DNA of 64,000 nt from a virus. Below, piece after piece: positions 61,550 to 64,000 of this stretch (positions within the stretch are counted from its first letter, which is position 1; each line of letters starts with the position of its first letter). The notes below the pieces were generated by a model that was given only the letters and a program-made list of their open reading frames with translations, was not told the origin of the DNA and ran no database searches. The stretch is from the IMG/VR virus record IMGVR_UViG_3300037483_001116, positions 64,001 through 128,000 of that record; one strand, 5' to 3'. The position numbers and the translations under genes are program-made.

Positions 61550-62167
61550 ATGACGCAGCCGAAGATCGGCGTGATCGTTCCAAGTATTCCTCCGCGGCGT
61601 CCGCTGCTGCTACGCGCGCTGACCAGCGTTGGACGGCAGGCGTTACCGGCCAGCGATCTGAGCGTGGCTGTCGACACCGAGCAACAAGGTGCCCCGGTGA
61701 CACGACAGCGCGCCCTGGACGGCGTAAGTCCAGGCATCGACTGGATCGCCCCACTCGACGACGACGACGAGTTCATGCCGTTTCACCTGGAGGCGCTGTA
61801 CGCCCACGCCATGGAAACCGGGGCGGATTACGTGTACTCCTGGTACGAACTCGTGTCGCCGAGCGGGATGTCCTATGGCGACCACGATCCGGTGTTTCCC
61901 GAGACGCACTTCACCAACCCGTTCAACCCCACTGAGCCGGTCGAAACCACAGTCACGATCCTGATTCGTCGCGAGCTGCTGGAAGCGGTCGGCTACCACG
62001 CGATTGACCGCCCCGAGGCATACGCGCTTGGCGCCAGCACCGGCGAGGACCGTAACTTGACCATGCGCTGCATCGATATGGGCGCCACAATCAGCCACCT
62101 GGTGCGCCGCACCTGGCGCTGGCACCACCACGGACGCAACACCTCAGGAAGGCCGGATCGATGGTAG
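61550..62167 (+). CDS. glycosyltransferase family 2
   Basis: VIVPSIPPR; WIAPLDDDDEF..HL; GED. Confidence 0.85.
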   Translation: MTQPKIGVIVPSIPPRRPLLLRALTSVGRQALPASDLSVAVDTEQQGAPVTRQRALDGVSPGIDWIAPLDDDDEFMPFHLEALYAHAMETGADYVYSWYELVSPSGMSYGDHDPVFPETHFTNPFNPTEPVETTVTILIRRELLEAVGYHAIDRPEAYALGASTGEDRNLTMRCIDMGATISHLVRRTWRWHHHGRNTSGRPDRW

Positions 62168-62769
62168 ATGACGTCACGATGGTCATGCCGACCCATCCAG
62201 CGCGTTGGAAAACCACAATGCGCCGTGCGCTGCGGTCCGTCCTGAGCCAGTCCATGCCAGTTGCCGCTATGAGTATCGTGACCGATCTGCGTGGCGAAGG
62301 CGCCGGGCCAACGCGTGACCAGGCGCTGGCCGGTGCGCGCACGAAGTGGGTTGCCTTCCTGGATTCGGATGACGAATGGCACCCCGATCACGTGCTGGCG
62401 CTTGTGACGCAGGCACGCGACACCAGCGCCGACGTGATCTATCCAGCCTGCCGCGTTATTCACACGCAGCTTGGCGAAATCCCGTCGAGCCATCCAGCGT
62501 GGGAGGAATGGGGACGGCCGGGGCGGCCATTCGACGCGGACCTTCTCCGCAAACGGTCGTACCTGCCGGTCACCAGTCTGGTGCGCACCGAGTTGGCCCA
62601 AAAGGCCAGTTTCGTCCCGCCTGATGGCAGCCATTACGACGATTGGGGCTTTTACCTGGGTCTACTTGACCTGGGTGCCACATTCGTTCACCTGCCCCAC
62701 GTGACGTGGACCTGGCATCACGGACCGCACAACAGTGGCGGCACCGCCGGCCGCGGGGATAGTGGGTAG
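62161..62769 (+). CDS. glycosyltransferase family 2
   Basis: VMPTHPAR; WVAFLDSDDEWHPDH; YDDWGF. Confidence 0.85.
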   Translation: MVDDVTMVMPTHPARWKTTMRRALRSVLSQSMPVAAMSIVTDLRGEGAGPTRDQALAGARTKWVAFLDSDDEWHPDHVLALVTQARDTSADVIYPACRVIHTQLGEIPSSHPAWEEWGRPGRPFDADLLRKRSYLPVTSLVRTELAQKASFVPPDGSHYDDWGFYLGLLDLGATFVHLPHVTWTWHHGPHNSGGTAGRGDSG

Positions 62770-62868
62770 TGCGCAAAACCCTGACTGGGCGACCTGGCTC
62801 ACGGAAGAAAAGGTGTCGCCCCATCCCGGCTGAGCCGAAAAACTATCCCAAGGGTCCATACTGATCCC

Positions 62869-63714
62869 ATGCCCACATACCAAGAACTTGCATCTGAACC
62901 TGAGTGGGGTGCCCAGTTCATCCCACCGGTGATGAATGCCGGCCTCTTAGGTCCGTTACGCGTGTTCTACGGCCTGGGTCCGAGCGCTGTCGGTTCGGCT
63001 GGAGACAATAACCATTTGCACGGCCGGCATCGGTCCTATTCGTGGGATCGGCTCTCCCGTTACTGCACGGACCGCGGGTATGGAACTACGGATCCTTTGG
63101 ATCAGGCCGGTAATCACAACTGGTACCGGGCTGTTGACGTGGGAATTCGGGGTCCTGACCTGTTTGCGGCGAGCCGTCGTATGGACGATTTAGTTCGTTC
63201 TGGGACTTGCCCCGGTCTAGCGGAGTGGTTTGGGACCTTCAATGGGATCAACGTTGTTGGTTGGTTTGAGGGCCGGCCGTCGACTTCTGATTCGTCCCAC
63301 CTGTTCCATCTGCACGTGGGGGTCTGGAACAGTTTCGCCAACGATGCCCAAACGATGCAGATTCTTTACGGTGCCATCACCGGCACCGCGGTTAAGGAGG
63401 AAGACGTGCCGAAAATGTTCCGTGTCACTAACGGTGACCTTACCGGCCTGATTGGTATCAGCAACGGCCCGACGTGGTATCACCTCCCAGCGGGGCCGGC
63501 CGTAGATCCCGGTCTGTATGTCAGGGCTGCGACGGGCCTGTGGGGTATCTCCGACGCCGACATTGTGGCCGTTAATGAGGAGTGGTTACCGGGGTTCGGG
63601 GTGCAAGTTCCCTGGCCTAGCAGTGGTGGCGGCAGTGGTGGGGGTTCGGGGCCCAGCGCCAGTCAAATCGCCGAGAGTGTAGCCAACGAGCTGTCCGAAC
63701 GGTTGGAGAACTAA
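62869..63714 (+). CDS. putative endolysin (Zn-peptidase-like)
   Basis: GDNNHLHGRH..RAVDV..SDSSHLFHLHVG; position after the structural and glycosylation genes. Confidence 0.55.
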   Translation: MPTYQELASEPEWGAQFIPPVMNAGLLGPLRVFYGLGPSAVGSAGDNNHLHGRHRSYSWDRLSRYCTDRGYGTTDPLDQAGNHNWYRAVDVGIRGPDLFAASRRMDDLVRSGTCPGLAEWFGTFNGINVVGWFEGRPSTSDSSHLFHLHVGVWNSFANDAQTMQILYGAITGTAVKEEDVPKMFRVTNGDLTGLIGISNGPTWYHLPAGPAVDPGLYVRAATGLWGISDADIVAVNEEWLPGFGVQVPWPSSGGGSGGGSGPSASQIAESVANELSERLEN

Positions 63715-63715
63715 G

Positions 63716-64000
63716 GTGCCCATTACCCGTAACCGGGTCCTGGTCCGGGCTCGATACGGCTGGCCGCAGAAGACCGTGCCGTTCCACAAGACCGGGTTCC
63801 ATCAGCCGGACGGTTACCGTACAGATGCTGCTGGCTACCTGAGTATGTGCTGGGACATTCCGTTGGGTGTGAAGAACTCGTGGGGTGGCCTGTCGACGGT
63901 GTCTATGGATACAGACGGTTGGTGCCATGAGATTGACCCAATGGACCTGAAATCAGGTGACGCCCTTGGTCTACTGGGGCATGGCTCGGTCGGTCCGGAC
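63716..64000 (+). CDS. NlpC/P60-like protein, partial, catalytic Cys apparently replaced
   Basis: ITRNRVLVRAR..GYRTDAAGYLSMCW..DLKSGDAL; runs off the window end. Confidence 0.7.
   Translation, partial: MPITRNRVLVRARYGWPQKTVPFHKTGFHQPDGYRTDAAGYLSMCWDIPLGVKNSWGGLSTVSMDTDGWCHEIDPMDLKSGDALGLLGHGSVGPD

Overview
This window looks like 64 kb of a large, high-GC actinobacteriophage (siphovirus-like; host probably a filamentous actinomycete, which is an inference). It has two divergent arms. LEFT ARM (minus strand, ~1-11.5 kb) is an RNA-centred module. It holds 13 canonical CCA-less tRNAs, 3 tRNA-like genes with broken anticodon arms, structured spacer RNAs and boxA-like elements. Its proteins include an HNH nuclease, a vWA protein, a catalytically dead copy of the prohead protease, a secreted glycoside-hydrolase-like protein, and a Ro60 (TROVE-vWA) gene preceded by five tandem Y-RNA/YrlA-like genes. 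RIGHT ARM (plus strand) is the virion module: portal, MuF-like minor head protein, and a prohead protease region interrupted by an EndoVII gene. Next comes a 6641-aa polyvalent protein (degenerate ART, histone-H1-like PAKKA repeats, NUDT9-like Nudix, GrpE-like domain, HipA/PI3K-like kinase, two HExxH metallopeptidases), then the major capsid and major tail genes. A ~320-nt pseudoknotted ncRNA candidate follows, then neck and tail genes, tape measure, a glycosyl-/methyltransferase cluster and lysis-type genes. No terminase, integrase, replication genes or CRISPR array were seen. All calls come from reading motifs by eye; no searches were run.
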